A DNA stretch of 64,000 bases from positions 330,832-394,831 of the forward strand of contig JBFWWG010000003.1 of assembly GCA_050246315.1 (NCBI GenBank), written 5' to 3'. The position numbers were made by a program, and so were the translations under genes. Below are positions 41,972 to 53,837 of the stretch, piece after piece. How positions within the stretch are numbered: the first letter of the stretch is position 1; every line of letters starts with the position of its first letter. The notes beneath the pieces are model-generated. The model did not search any database. It had not been told where the DNA came from and saw nothing but the letters and a program-made list of their open reading frames with translations. This stretch comes from Nitrospiraceae bacterium (GTDB lineage: Bacteria > Nitrospirota > Nitrospiria > Nitrospirales > Nitrospiraceae).

Positions 41972-43266
41972 CCCGCAGCCCAGACCCTACGCCCGCCGAC
42001 GATCGTTTCACACACCCGTCCTTTGACCTTCCAACCGGCAAACGGCGTGTTCCGACTTTTTGAATAGGACCGACTCACGTCCACATCCCAGACTTCGTTC
42101 GGATCCACGATCGTCAAGTCCGCATCCGCCCCTGGCGCCAGGGTGCCCTTTCGCAATCCGAATACGCGTGCCGGTTCGACGGTCAACTTGGCGATCGCCT
42201 GCTCCAGCGACAACACCCCTTCCTCCACCATGGCCATCGTGAGCGGAAACGCCGTCTCCAATCCAATGACGCCGAAGGGCGCGTCCACAAATTCAAGCTG
42301 CTTCTCGTGGGCCGCATGCGGCGCATGGTCGGTCGCAATGACGTCGATCGTGCCGTCCCGCAAACCGGCCTTGATCGCCTGCACGTCGTCCCAAGTCCGC
42401 AGGGGTGGGTTCATCTTGGCATGGGTGTCGTAGCCGCGCACGGCCTCCTCGGTCAGGGTAAAGTGATGCGGGCAGGCCTCAGCCGTCACCTTCACACCGC
42501 GTTGCTTGGCGTCCCGCACCAGTCGCACCGAACCGACTGTACTCACATGAGGCAGGTGCAGCCGTGCACCGGTCAGCTCGGCCAGCATGATATTGCGTGC
42601 GACCATCACCTCCTCGGCCGCCGTCGGGATACCCGGCAATCCGAGTTCGGTCGAGACCACACCCTCGTTCATACAGCCGCCGTCGACGAGCGCCGTATCT
42701 TCGCAGTGATCCACGACCGGGCAATCGAACGCCCGCGCATATTCCATGGCCCGCCGCATCACCGCGCTGTTGGTCACGGGCTTGCCATCGTCCGAGATGG
42801 CGACACAACCGGCCGCGCGGAGTTCCCCGATTTCGGCCAGCTCCAGCCCCTCGGAGCCCTTGGTGATGGCGCCGATCGGAAACACGTTGGCCATGCCCGC
42901 AGCGCGCGCCCGATCCAGGATGAATTCCGTGACGGATTGGCTGTCGTTCACCGGTTTCGTGTTCGGCATACAGCAGACCGTCGTGAACCCTCCCGCGACA
43001 GCCGCCGTAGCTCCGCTCTGAATGGTTTCCTTGTACTCGTACCCCGGTTCGCGAAAGTGGACATGCAGATCGACGAAGCCCGGCACAACCAGCTTGCCGG
43101 TGGCTTCCACCACGACCAACTCCTCTGATGAGGCAACCGGCTGTCGGCGGAATTGACCGTCCATGGGGAGGATGGCGGCGATCACCCCCTTCTCGATCAG
43201 CACATCGGCTCTCCCATGGAACCGTCCCGGGTCGAGCACCGTCCCTCCCTTGATCAACAATGCCAT
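41968..43266 (-). CDS. pyrC: Dihydroorotase
   Basis: PGFVDLHVHFREPG, CMPNT, KMNPPLR, ATDHAPH. Confidence 0.97.
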   Translation of the reverse strand: MALLIKGGTVLDPGRFHGRADVLIEKGVIAAILPMDGQFRRQPVASSEELVVVEATGKLVVPGFVDLHVHFREPGYEYKETIQSGATAAVAGGFTTVCCMPNTKPVNDSQSVTEFILDRARAAGMANVFPIGAITKGSEGLELAEIGELRAAGCVAISDDGKPVTNSAVMRRAMEYARAFDCPVVDHCEDTALVDGGCMNEGVVSTELGLPGIPTAAEEVMVARNIMLAELTGARLHLPHVSTVGSVRLVRDAKQRGVKVTAEACPHHFTLTEEAVRGYDTHAKMNPPLRTWDDVQAIKAGLRDGTIDVIATDHAPHAAHEKQLEFVDAPFGVIGLETAFPLTMAMVEEGVLSLEQAIAKLTVEPARVFGLRKGTLAPGADADLTIVDPNEVWDVDVSRSYSKSRNTPFAGWKVKGRVCETIVGGRRVWAAG

Positions 43267-43320
43267 ACGGCTCTCGCTCTCCCCTCGCTTCTCATATTGA
43301 TCCGCGTGATCCGCTCGCCA

Positions 43321-44954
<1,634 letters not shown>

Positions 44955-44961
44955 CTGTTTC

Positions 44962-44990
44962 AACTTACCGAGTCCGTCCCGCCGTGTCAA
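44962..44990 (-). promoter_or_regulatory. sigma70 promoter of pyr operon
   Basis: TTGACA-N17-TAAGTT directly upstream of the PyrR loop. Confidence 0.7.
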
Positions 44991-45085
44991 GGTTGGCGGA
45001 GATCACCTCACCGAGGGCATGAGATCGATGGGATACCTTGCTTGATCGTCTGATCGTCGCCTGCGATTCCTTCCAGAAGTCGGAC

Positions 45086-46867
45086 CTACCCCTGACCCAA
45101 CAGGTACAGGGTCAGGCCCGCTTTGATCCTCGCCTTGGCTAGGATGGTCTGATGCATGCGGAAGGAAGGCATTTCCGCCACCTTCCATTGCCCGGCCACA
45201 CGCAACCCGACCCCCCGAAGCCTGTCCTCCGGCATCAGAGGTCCGAGTAGAAATGCCAGTCCTCTCGGGGCCACCGCCGCGGCAAATCGAGACAGGGATC
45301 GGAAAAGCTCGTCGGGCTGGTCATACTGCACAACGGGCACTGCATCGTAGATTAGGTCATACTGCCTCCGGTAGGCCCGGTCAAGGTGAGGCTCGGCCGG
45401 ATAGAGGCGGATGGAAGCGAGTTCCGCCGACCGCCCTTCCCTCGCTCGGAGGGTCCAGAGGGATTGAGCTTGTCGTTGAATGTGAGCGGGATGGCGGAAG
45501 AGCACGAGAGCATTATTTGCTCGCCCCATGGACAGCAGCGAGGTCAGGCCTGCATCCATATTATGGATCAGGACGGTCTTCGCCCGGTCGATCATCATGC
45601 GCAAGGAGGTTTCCTGTTCAAGCAGATCGGTCAGATAATCAACCACAAAGGCCTGGGTGCCCATTTCATCGATCTCCCGCTCATCCTCCGGATAGAGCAG
45701 CACAGCCCCGAAGGCCTCCACCGGCGAGACCGGCGGTACACCCTCGACAAACAGATCTCGCCAACTCGGCCCAGCCACAGATTTCAATGGGACCGTGGAA
45801 TTCTTGATAGCTCCCCAAGAGCTTGGCCAGGCCAGCCTCGTCTCATGAGTTCCATCCTTGAGAATCAGCTCACCAGTTTCCACCTGTAGCCCACGACCCC
45901 CCGGTGCAAAGCCCTTGGCATCCGGCATCATGTAGGAGAGTCCCGACGGATCGTCGGCCAGGGTCGCCTTGACCACCTCCTTCTCTCGGACTGTCACACA
46001 GAGGTGGTGGCTCAGATCGTAGTAGCGACGCAACGGCCTGGCATGGGGCATCCAAGTCACTTCGTGGGAGCGCGGCGGGTCCATGAACAGCGCAAAGGGA
46101 TCAGATTCCTGCGTCCCGCGCACGGTAAAGAACCCGCCGAACAACTTATAGGCCGCTTCCGACGGATAAGTGGGGATCCCGCGATAGCGGAGCAACCGAT
46201 CGCCGGTCGGGCACTGGTCATCGTACAGCTCGCGGATCAGCTCCAGCACAGCCGAGCCGGTGCCCGGCACGAGCGACTGAAACAGCTCGACAACCGGGAG
46301 AAAATCAATCCGGTCCCAATGCATGGCCCCCATGCAGGCCATGAAGCGCGCCCCATCGAACCGGCCCTCCTCAAGCAGATAGAAGGCATCCTTCCGATGA
46401 CGAATTGTGGCGAGGCCCCGGGTATCGATGCGCAGGTCGTCGTCCGTATAAAAGAACTGGATTTCGCTCAATGGCACACGCAAGGCCTGAGCGGCCATTT
46501 GCCGGAGAGCATCGGGGTGAATGCGTTGCCAGCCCGGCTTGCGGGACAGATCCAACGTGGTGCTGGTGACCAGGCCGCTCGGAAGGAGTCCCACCCACTG
46601 GCCGCAATCGAGCCAGACACGCGCCCTCTGCAACCGTATCGTACCGTCCTCAGCAGGTTCCCAGTCGCATTCGTGCAAGGGTTGGCCGTCCGGATCGGCA
46701 TAAAGTACCCGCCGGCCATGCCTTCCGTAGAACACGAGATGACCGGAGGGTTGTTGCACCGCCCGCCCGCCGGCCTGTTCAAGATTGACGGCGTAGGAAA
46801 GGTTGGAAGAGAAAACGAACGTGCCGGACCGGCCGAGAAGAGTCTGTATGTGGGCGTCGTGGACCAT
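45086..46867 (-). CDS. Hypothetical protein (593 aa)
   Basis: Long ORF starting immediately after the proA stop; no family recognised; C-terminus loosely resembles a Rossmann methyltransferase tail (YDLIY...APRGLAFLLG). Confidence 0.8.
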   Translation of the reverse strand: MVHDAHIQTLLGRSGTFVFSSNLSYAVNLEQAGGRAVQQPSGHLVFYGRHGRRVLYADPDGQPLHECDWEPAEDGTIRLQRARVWLDCGQWVGLLPSGLVTSTTLDLSRKPGWQRIHPDALRQMAAQALRVPLSEIQFFYTDDDLRIDTRGLATIRHRKDAFYLLEEGRFDGARFMACMGAMHWDRIDFLPVVELFQSLVPGTGSAVLELIRELYDDQCPTGDRLLRYRGIPTYPSEAAYKLFGGFFTVRGTQESDPFALFMDPPRSHEVTWMPHARPLRRYYDLSHHLCVTVREKEVVKATLADDPSGLSYMMPDAKGFAPGGRGLQVETGELILKDGTHETRLAWPSSWGAIKNSTVPLKSVAGPSWRDLFVEGVPPVSPVEAFGAVLLYPEDEREIDEMGTQAFVVDYLTDLLEQETSLRMMIDRAKTVLIHNMDAGLTSLLSMGRANNALVLFRHPAHIQRQAQSLWTLRAREGRSAELASIRLYPAEPHLDRAYRRQYDLIYDAVPVVQYDQPDELFRSLSRFAAAVAPRGLAFLLGPLMPEDRLRGVGLRVAGQWKVAEMPSFRMHQTILAKARIKAGLTLYLLGQG

Positions 46868-48226
46868 CTATTCGCGAATCTGCCCGCTTCCCATCACGAT
46901 GAATTTGGAACAGGTGAGTGCTTCCAGCCCCATGGGACCGCGCGCGTGGATCCGAGACGTGCTGATGCCGATCTCCGCCCCCAGCCCGAATTGATAGCCG
47001 TCATTCAACCTGGTCGAGGCGTTCACCAATACGGCGCTCGCATCGACTTCGCGCAGAAACCGCATGGCCCGTGGATAGTCGTTCGTGACGATCGCCTCCG
47101 TATGGTGTGATCCGAATTGTGCGATATGGTCCAGGGCTTCGTCCAGGTGCTTGACGATCCGGACGGCCAGGATACGCGACAGAAACTCCTTGCCGAAATC
47201 ATCCTCGGCAGCGGGCTTGACATCCGGACACACTTGCAACGTCTTGGGACAGCCGCGCACCTCCACTCCGGCCTCGTACAACTTGTTGATGAGGGCCGGC
47301 AAGAATGTGCGAGCGACCGTCTGGTTCACGAGCAACCCCTCCATGGCGTTGCAGGTCGAGGGCCGTTGCACCTTCGCGTTCAGACAGATGGCCTCGGCCA
47401 TCGCCAGATCGGCATCCTGGTCCACATAGGTATGACACACGCCTTCGTCATGCTTGAGAACCGGGATGGTGGCATGTTCGGCCACCGTCTTCATCAGGGA
47501 CGGCCCGCCGCGCGGAATAATGAGATCCACGTCGCGATCCTGCTTGAGCAATTCCTCCACCACTTTCCGATCCGGTCGATCGACGAAGGAGATCGCCCCG
47601 TGCGGGAGGCCCTGCGTATCGCCGGTTTCCGACAGAATCTTCGCCAGCATCCGATTGGTATGGATCGCATCCGAGCCGCCGCGCAGCACACACGCATTCC
47701 CGGATTTCAGGCACAGGACGGCCGAGTCGACCGTGACATTGGGGCGCGATTCATAGATGATGCCGATGACCCCGATCGGAACCCGGACCTGCCCGACCTG
47801 CATGCCGTTGGGACGAGTCCACATCTTCGGCATCGATCCCAGCGGATCTGGCAAGGTCGCCACCTCCCGGACGCCGCGAGCCATGTCGATGATCCGCTCC
47901 GAGGTCAGTTTCAACCGGTCGGCCGAAGCCTGCTTGTCCGGGTCAGCCCCGTACGCCGCCAGATCCTTCTCGTTTTCTGACAAAATTTCTTCGACCTTGG
48001 TTTCGAGCGCCTCCGCCATGGCCAAGAGAGCCTGGTTCTTCACCTGCGTGGACAGCGAGATCAGCTTCAATGAAGCCGAGCGAGCGCAGGTGACCAGCGC
48101 GCGCACGTATTCGGGAATCGACAGTTCCGGTTTCGCCTCCTGTTGAGAGGCCTCGACGCTGACCGTCGAAGCCTGTGAGGTGATCCGTTCCGAGTCTGTT
48201 TCCTGTTGTTCGTCCTGATCCGGCAT
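46868..48226 (-). CDS. proA: Gamma-glutamyl phosphate reductase
   Basis: VPIGVIGIIYESRPNVT, IPRGG, STCNAME, NASTRLNDG..FGLGAEIGIST..HARGPMGL. Confidence 0.98.
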   Translation of the reverse strand: MPDQDEQQETDSERITSQASTVSVEASQQEAKPELSIPEYVRALVTCARSASLKLISLSTQVKNQALLAMAEALETKVEEILSENEKDLAAYGADPDKQASADRLKLTSERIIDMARGVREVATLPDPLGSMPKMWTRPNGMQVGQVRVPIGVIGIIYESRPNVTVDSAVLCLKSGNACVLRGGSDAIHTNRMLAKILSETGDTQGLPHGAISFVDRPDRKVVEELLKQDRDVDLIIPRGGPSLMKTVAEHATIPVLKHDEGVCHTYVDQDADLAMAEAICLNAKVQRPSTCNAMEGLLVNQTVARTFLPALINKLYEAGVEVRGCPKTLQVCPDVKPAAEDDFGKEFLSRILAVRIVKHLDEALDHIAQFGSHHTEAIVTNDYPRAMRFLREVDASAVLVNASTRLNDGYQFGLGAEIGISTSRIHARGPMGLEALTCSKFIVMGSGQIRE

Positions 48227-48394
48227 GTGTGTCAGGGCTCCTCTCATACCGCGCACCATTCCTGTCATGCCATGAAGGACAGCAGAATACCGTGGCATTT
48301 GAAAAAGCGTCAAGAGCGACAGGCGCGATACACGGGAGGAGGTCGGTGCATCGGCGGGGACCAGACAGCAGCCTTCGGCCAACAGATGATGAGG

Positions 48395-49141
48395 CTAATT
48401 GGCAGGAACAGCGGCAGCGGTCCCCGCCGGCGAGGCTAGGGGTGCATCGGTCGATTGATCTCCCGGTTGAGGCTGGCCAGGTTCCTCGTTCGGTTGGTCG
48501 ATGGAATCGGAGGAAAATCCGCCCAACGCGCCAGCGCCCGCCTGACCTGTGGTGAACGGACTGGTTCCGGGCGCAACAGCGCCCGCCGGTGGTCCCGACT
48601 GCGGGCCGGTCACCGGCGGCATCGAGCCGGTCGGGATCATGCCCATCGGGTTCAGCACATTCACGCTGGACTGGTTGGGATGTTGGAAGACCCAATCTCG
48701 ATACCGCTTCAGCCCATCGAAGTGCCGGACGGCCGGCGGGAACTCATGCTGCTTCAGCGGCTTTCTTATGCTTCGGCTCCGCACCCCCATGATACCGCCG
48801 GTCGGCGACCGAATCAGGTCCCAGGTTCTTGTTGTGACCGGGTCGCGATAGACCTTTCGAAGAAACGGCCGGGGCGGCCTGGTCAGATCCTCCAGCGAGG
48901 CCGGATAGATCTCGCCGGGCATCACTCGCCCGCCCTTCCTCGATGCGGAATACGCGGCGAGCGCCTGCTGAATTTCAATCCCGCGCGCCAGCAGATCCTC
49001 CTCCTGCCCGCGCCGGATCACGGTTTTCCAGGGCTCGGCAGCGGTGACCATCGCCACACCGATCACCACGATCGAGAACATCAGCGTGAGGTAGGTGAAC
49101 CCCTGCTGCGAGGAGATACGCGATGTCCCGACTCGGGCCAC
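48395..49141 (-). CDS. Pseudopilin-like type II secretion protein lacking Glu5 (GspK/PilX-like)
   Basis: QQG/FTYLTLM class III signal; YPASLEDL...FLRKVYRDPVT; Pro/Gly-rich tail. Confidence 0.8.
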   Translation of the reverse strand: MARVGTSRISSQQGFTYLTLMFSIVVIGVAMVTAAEPWKTVIRRGQEEDLLARGIEIQQALAAYSASRKGGRVMPGEIYPASLEDLTRPPRPFLRKVYRDPVTTRTWDLIRSPTGGIMGVRSRSIRKPLKQHEFPPAVRHFDGLKRYRDWVFQHPNQSSVNVLNPMGMIPTGSMPPVTGPQSGPPAGAVAPGTSPFTTGQAGAGALGGFSSDSIDQPNEEPGQPQPGDQSTDAPLASPAGTAAAVPAN

Positions 49142-49145
49142 TGGT

Positions 49146-49748
49146 TCACTCCGTCGGAATCACATCCACCAGAGGGAGGGTTCGTTCAATCTGGGCGGGC
49201 ACCTCCAGCAGCGTGACATGATCCGGCTCAATCGCCTTCACGATGAGATGGTCGTCGAGCCGACCGCCGGATGTCGCGACGTGCAGGTCGTCTTCGAGGG
49301 CCAGCACGGCCAGGAACTGGTTGGGGCGGTCGGTCCCCATGACGACATAGCCGAGATAGCGCCACGCAGAGCCGCCTGGAGAGGAATGTTGCGTCGGATC
49401 CGGTCGTGGGACAATTTCAGCCGCATCGGACGGCGTCTGGCCGGCCGTCATCGAAGGCGCCGTGACGCCCCCTCCGGTGAGCGGAGAGGCAAAGATATTT
49501 TTCGGTGGCGCGAAGCCTTCCTCACGTTGGCTGCGCGTCGCCTCGAATTGAGCCAGGTTGACGCGGAGCCCGCGTTGCGCCGAGGAGTCTCGCTCGCCGC
49601 TCCTGCCCATCGGATCTGCCGCAGGCCCGGAGACGTTGACCAGCGGCGCGCGTTGCGGCTCATCGGAAAGACCGAAGACTCCCCAGGCGACGAGCACCCA
49701 GAGGCTCAGCAGGGCGCCCAGCATACGAATGCGCGTTCGTTCGTTCAT
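49146..49748 (-). CDS. T2SS/T4P assembly accessory protein (PilP/GspC-like position)
   Basis: N-terminal TM, KNIF motif, C-terminal beta domain (YLGYV...VKAIEPDHVTL); follows PilO-like gene. Confidence 0.6.
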   Translation of the reverse strand: MNERTRIRMLGALLSLWVLVAWGVFGLSDEPQRAPLVNVSGPAADPMGRSGERDSSAQRGLRVNLAQFEATRSQREEGFAPPKNIFASPLTGGGVTAPSMTAGQTPSDAAEIVPRPDPTQHSSPGGSAWRYLGYVVMGTDRPNQFLAVLALEDDLHVATSGGRLDDHLIVKAIEPDHVTLLEVPAQIERTLPLVDVIPTE

Positions 49749-50332
49749 GATGGAGATCGGGCGAGATCTCGGTCCTGCCCTCGGTCCGTCCGCAAGAAGG
49801 TGACGATCCGCATATTGAAGGTCACGGCAGGCTCTTGAGCCCGTGCCCCCGCGACCTGAAGATCTTCAATCAGCAACAACTCCTGCGCCGTCTCCAGGTT
49901 GTAGATGAACCGCCGCAGATCTTCGTATCGTCCACTGACGGCCCCCTGCAGCACCGCCTTCCGGACCAGCACGATGTCGGTTTTCTCCACTTGATAGGAC
50001 AGGCCTGGTACTCGAACTCGTTGGACACGAGCCTGTTCGGTCAGTCCGAGCGCCAAGGGGGCAAAGTCTCGCTGCTCTGGCAGCCGCCCCAGCACCCGCG
50101 CCATGTCCTTGCGCGCCTGCTTGGCATCGACGTGCCGGCTGAGCTGTTGCCGCGCCGCTATTCGCTCTTGCTCCAGGACCGACCGTTCCTCCCGCAGCCG
50201 ATCCAGGAGCACCAGATGGAGTCCGGTCCAGATGGCGAGCAGCAGGCCTACCAATCCCACCCAAGGCACCAGCAACGCATGAGGGTGATAGAACAACCTG
50301 GTTCGGAGGTCAGGTGGCGCGGCGTTTCGCAT
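49745..50332 (-). CDS. PilO/GspM-like protein
   Basis: TM, coiled coil, then ferredoxin-like VSGRYEDLRRFIYNLE...LLIEDL. Confidence 0.82.
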   Translation of the reverse strand: MRNAAPPDLRTRLFYHPHALLVPWVGLVGLLLAIWTGLHLVLLDRLREERSVLEQERIAARQQLSRHVDAKQARKDMARVLGRLPEQRDFAPLALGLTEQARVQRVRVPGLSYQVEKTDIVLVRKAVLQGAVSGRYEDLRRFIYNLETAQELLLIEDLQVAGARAQEPAVTFNMRIVTFLRTDRGQDRDLARSPS

Positions 50333-50921
50333 GGCCTCGGTACTGAATCTGGACGTGAAACTCTACCAATCCATCCTCCCGAATCTGGTGCTGGATCAGC
50401 ACCGGATCGCGAAAGGTAGGGTGGTCCTGCAGGGCGGTCAGAAAACTCGTGGCATCTTCGAAGGTCACGGCGGACCCGGAGAGCCGGATCGCGGCGCTGG
50501 CCGGATCGAGCCGAATGGACGAAATCCCGACTCTCGACGGCACGGTCTTTTCCAACTCGCTCAGGAAAGCGGTCCAGGAAAACTCGCGCTGCTCGACCAG
50601 GCTGTTGATGAAGGCCACTTCGGCGGGAAGTCGTTGGAGGGCCGAGTCGGTCAGGTCGATGCCTTCACGCTGGGCCGCCTCTGACAATTGCCGATCCTGC
50701 TCCTGCAATCGGACGACCGACGCCCGCAGATCGAGCAGATCCCCGTAGAGATGATAGCCGTCCACCAGGTCCCAGGCGATGAAGCCCGCCAACGCACAAG
50801 CGGCACCGATCAAGCTCCAGCGGACCGGGGGGACTGCCGGATGCATATAGGAACTCAGGTTGATTCGAAACAAGAGCGGCTGGGCCGTGAATTCCAGGAT
50901 AGCATTCCGGAGCCCGGTCAT
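50310..50921 (-). CDS. PilN/GspL-like protein
   Basis: RINL motif, TM, coiled coil, FSWTAFLSELEKTVPSRVGISSI; SD GGAGG before ATG 50921. Confidence 0.82.
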   Translation of the reverse strand: MTGLRNAILEFTAQPLLFRINLSSYMHPAVPPVRWSLIGAACALAGFIAWDLVDGYHLYGDLLDLRASVVRLQEQDRQLSEAAQREGIDLTDSALQRLPAEVAFINSLVEQREFSWTAFLSELEKTVPSRVGISSIRLDPASAAIRLSGSAVTFEDATSFLTALQDHPTFRDPVLIQHQIREDGLVEFHVQIQYRGHAKRRAT

Positions 50922-50959
50922 GGTTGAGATCCTCCGTCGCAGCATGCCGGACATCCTGT

Positions 50960-51967
50960 TCAACAGACGCTCGCAATCGCGGCCATGGCCCCTGTCGGCA
51001 AGGCTTTCCGTTTTATCCGCCATCGTCGCGGCTCACAGAGCGTCCAATCAAAGAGAACGACTTCAACGGATAGCCGCTCCTCGAGGTGTCCCTGGAATGT
51101 TTCAGGGAGTTCATCCGCCACGACGACGAGCCGTGACGGCTGGCCTGGCACTCCCTGTTCGTCATAGAGACGCAACGAGGCCTCGCATTCGCCGGCGATC
51201 CATTCGAGCTGGTCGGCATCAGCGAGGCGATTGGGACCGCCGGCCTGTGCCGGGCCCAACACCTTGGACCTGGTGAAAGTCGGCTGCCCCCGGTGAAAGG
51301 CCATGAGCGTGAAGGTGCGGTCCAGAAGGCTCAGCCACAGGAAATCAGGAACATCACGCGCTGGTTTCGCCTGTTGTTCCGAGGCCAGCCAGATATTGCA
51401 GAGTTGAAGACTCGTCGTGGTGATATCGATCGGCACCAGCCCGACGGCCTGACAGAGAGCTTCATACTGGTGGCGCACGACGTCTTGGATCGCAACAGCC
51501 AAGACGGTTGCGCCCTGTCCCTGGGACTTGGGATCGAGGGACGGCAACAGTTGATGACAAACCTTGGCGCCGCTGAGGGGGAAGAGATGCTCTTGGCCGA
51601 ATCGCCATCGAATCAGCGCGTCGCGCTCGCTTGACTTCGTCGGGAGGCGGTCGAGCCGGAACACGGCAGTTCGAACGCAGAGGTCCGGCAGCAGCAACGT
51701 GACGGGACGCGGGACCCGTGAGAAGCGGTCCCCGCCGAGGACCTTCATCGGTCTCGGCGGGGCCATCAGCTCTCGCAGTGCGGTTTCCACGGCCGCCTCG
51801 TCGACCAGATTCGGGTCCATCGGTGAGAGGCGGATCTGCCCGGGGGCCAAAGGACGCACGGAGCATCGACTGGGAATCCGGCGTCCCCATCGGCTTCGCG
51901 CATGGACCCAGACCAGTTCGTCGGCGCCAATCTTCAGACAACGCTGCGGCCGCGCCACCCACCACAT
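50960..51967 (-). CDS. PilM-like cytoplasmic assembly protein
   Basis: TLLLPD, HQYEALCQAVGL actin-like PilM pattern; between ATPase and PilN; SD AGGAG before ATG 51967. Confidence 0.72.
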   Translation of the reverse strand: MWWVARPQRCLKIGADELVWVHARSRWGRRIPSRCSVRPLAPGQIRLSPMDPNLVDEAAVETALRELMAPPRPMKVLGGDRFSRVPRPVTLLLPDLCVRTAVFRLDRLPTKSSERDALIRWRFGQEHLFPLSGAKVCHQLLPSLDPKSQGQGATVLAVAIQDVVRHQYEALCQAVGLVPIDITTTSLQLCNIWLASEQQAKPARDVPDFLWLSLLDRTFTLMAFHRGQPTFTRSKVLGPAQAGGPNRLADADQLEWIAGECEASLRLYDEQGVPGQPSRLVVVADELPETFQGHLEERLSVEVVLFDWTLCEPRRWRIKRKALPTGAMAAIASVC

Positions 51968-52046
51968 ACCGGCTCCTACGTAAAGCGACTGGAAATTACG
52001 AACGACACCGTTCGCCCTTCGCCTGGGCCTCGACGCCAACACCCTG

Positions 52047-53774
52047 CTACGACCGTTCAGAAAACGTCACCCGATTGATCTCCTTTAGAGTGGTCTCGCC
52101 CCTCAGGACTTTGATCAGTGCCGATTGACGCAGGGTGGTCATGCCGTCGGTCATGGCCCGGTAGCGTATCTCCGAGACCGGGCGTCGCGCGAGCAGCATC
52201 TCCTTGATCTCATCCGTCAGGTTCAGCAGTTCGGTTAGACACTTACGCCCTCGGTAGCCAGTTCCATGACACTCCCGACACCCGTGTCCTTGAAAGAGAA
52301 TCGCATCCCGATATCGATCGAAATCCAACCCCGACTCCTCGGCGAGGTCATGGTCCAGCTTGACCGGCTCTCGGCAGGTCGGGCAGATGGTCCGCACGAG
52401 CCGCTGTGCCAGCACGCAATTCAATGCGGAGATGAAGTTATACGGGTCGATGCTCATGCTCACAAACCGTCCCATCACATCGAAGACATGATTTGCGTGA
52501 ACGGTTGTGAAGACCAAATGGCCGGTCAAGGCGGATTGGATGGCGATCTGGGCCGTATCGGCGTCGCGGATCTCGCCGACCATGATCTTGTCCGGATCAT
52601 GCCGTAGGATCGACCGCAGACCGCGGGCAAACGTCAGGCCTTTCTTTTCATTGACCGGAATCTGCACCACCCCCGGCAATTGATATTCTACCGGATCTTC
52701 GATCGTGATCAGTTTGTCTTCCTGCGTATGCATCTCCGCGATCGCGGCATACAGGGTCGTCGTCTTGCCGCTTCCCGTCGGGCCGGTCACGAGCACCATG
52801 CCATGAGGCGCCAGAATCGCGCGCCGGAATCGCTTGAGATCTTCGGGGTTGAACCCAAGTCGGTCCAGTTTCAGCGAGGCGAGCCCGGCTGTGATGGAGT
52901 CGCGGTCCAGGATGCGGATGACGACCGATTCGCCAAACACGCTTGGCAAGATCGACACGCGGAAATCCACCGTGCGCCGGTCGATGCGCATGCGGAACCG
53001 TCCGTCCTGTGGCACGCGGCGCTCCGCAATGTCGAGATCGGACATGACCTTGAGTCGGGAAACCAGCGGGGCATGGAGCTTGAGATCCAGTTGATCCATC
53101 GCCGGGAGCAGAATCCCGTCGATTCGAAACTTCACCAAGGTCGCCTGGTCCGTGGCCTCGATATGGATGTCGCTGGCGCGCCGCTGCAACGCGCTGTGGA
53201 GGATCGTGTCCATCAGTTTGACCGCGGGACTTTGGTCCTCCACGATCTGATCCGCCGTCAGGATCTCTTCGCCCCGTTCATCCTCCTTGACCAGGACCGA
53301 CCGGTACTCGGCCTCCAGCTCTCGCAGCGCATGGCTGGCCCCTTCGCCCCTTCCCAACACAGCTTGAATCGAATGGCGCGGACTGACCACCAGACGAAGC
53401 GAGCGGTTCAGCAGCAGTTCCAACTCATCCAGCGCTAGCAGATTCGCCGGATCGGCCACGGCGATCGTCAGCACGCCGTCCTGCTCCGAGATCGGGATAA
53501 ACGGGTACCGCTGCATCAACTTGACCGGAATGGTTTGGTAGAACTTGGGATCGAGTTCGACGTCGGACAGCGAGTCGTAGGTCAACCCATATCGCTCGGC
53601 AGTCGCTCGAGCCAGTTGCTCCTCCGTGATAAGCCCCCCAGAGACGAGCAGCGGACCGATTTCCCCAGGCTTGTCGCCATGCCGTTTCAGCGCCTCGTGC
53701 GCAGCACTGTCGGTCACGGCCTGCTGGCGCACCAGCACCTCGATCAATGACGGGCGGTCGAATTTCGTCTGCAT
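52047..53774 (-). CDS. GspE/PulE/PilB-family assembly ATPase
   Basis: ASDIH, DIAERRVPQDGR, GPTGSGKTTT, TIEDPVE, LRHDPDKIMVGEIRD, tetracysteine CPTC...CREC; MshEN-like N-terminus. Confidence 0.97.
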   Translation of the reverse strand: MQTKFDRPSLIEVLVRQQAVTDSAAHEALKRHGDKPGEIGPLLVSGGLITEEQLARATAERYGLTYDSLSDVELDPKFYQTIPVKLMQRYPFIPISEQDGVLTIAVADPANLLALDELELLLNRSLRLVVSPRHSIQAVLGRGEGASHALRELEAEYRSVLVKEDERGEEILTADQIVEDQSPAVKLMDTILHSALQRRASDIHIEATDQATLVKFRIDGILLPAMDQLDLKLHAPLVSRLKVMSDLDIAERRVPQDGRFRMRIDRRTVDFRVSILPSVFGESVVIRILDRDSITAGLASLKLDRLGFNPEDLKRFRRAILAPHGMVLVTGPTGSGKTTTLYAAIAEMHTQEDKLITIEDPVEYQLPGVVQIPVNEKKGLTFARGLRSILRHDPDKIMVGEIRDADTAQIAIQSALTGHLVFTTVHANHVFDVMGRFVSMSIDPYNFISALNCVLAQRLVRTICPTCREPVKLDHDLAEESGLDFDRYRDAILFQGHGCRECHGTGYRGRKCLTELLNLTDEIKEMLLARRPVSEIRYRAMTDGMTTLRQSALIKVLRGETTLKEINRVTFSERS

Positions 53775-53837
53775 GGGAACGAGTGGTTCACCCTCGGCGA
53801 ATACGGTACAGGCCCTTGCCGAATGGATGCCTGCGCT

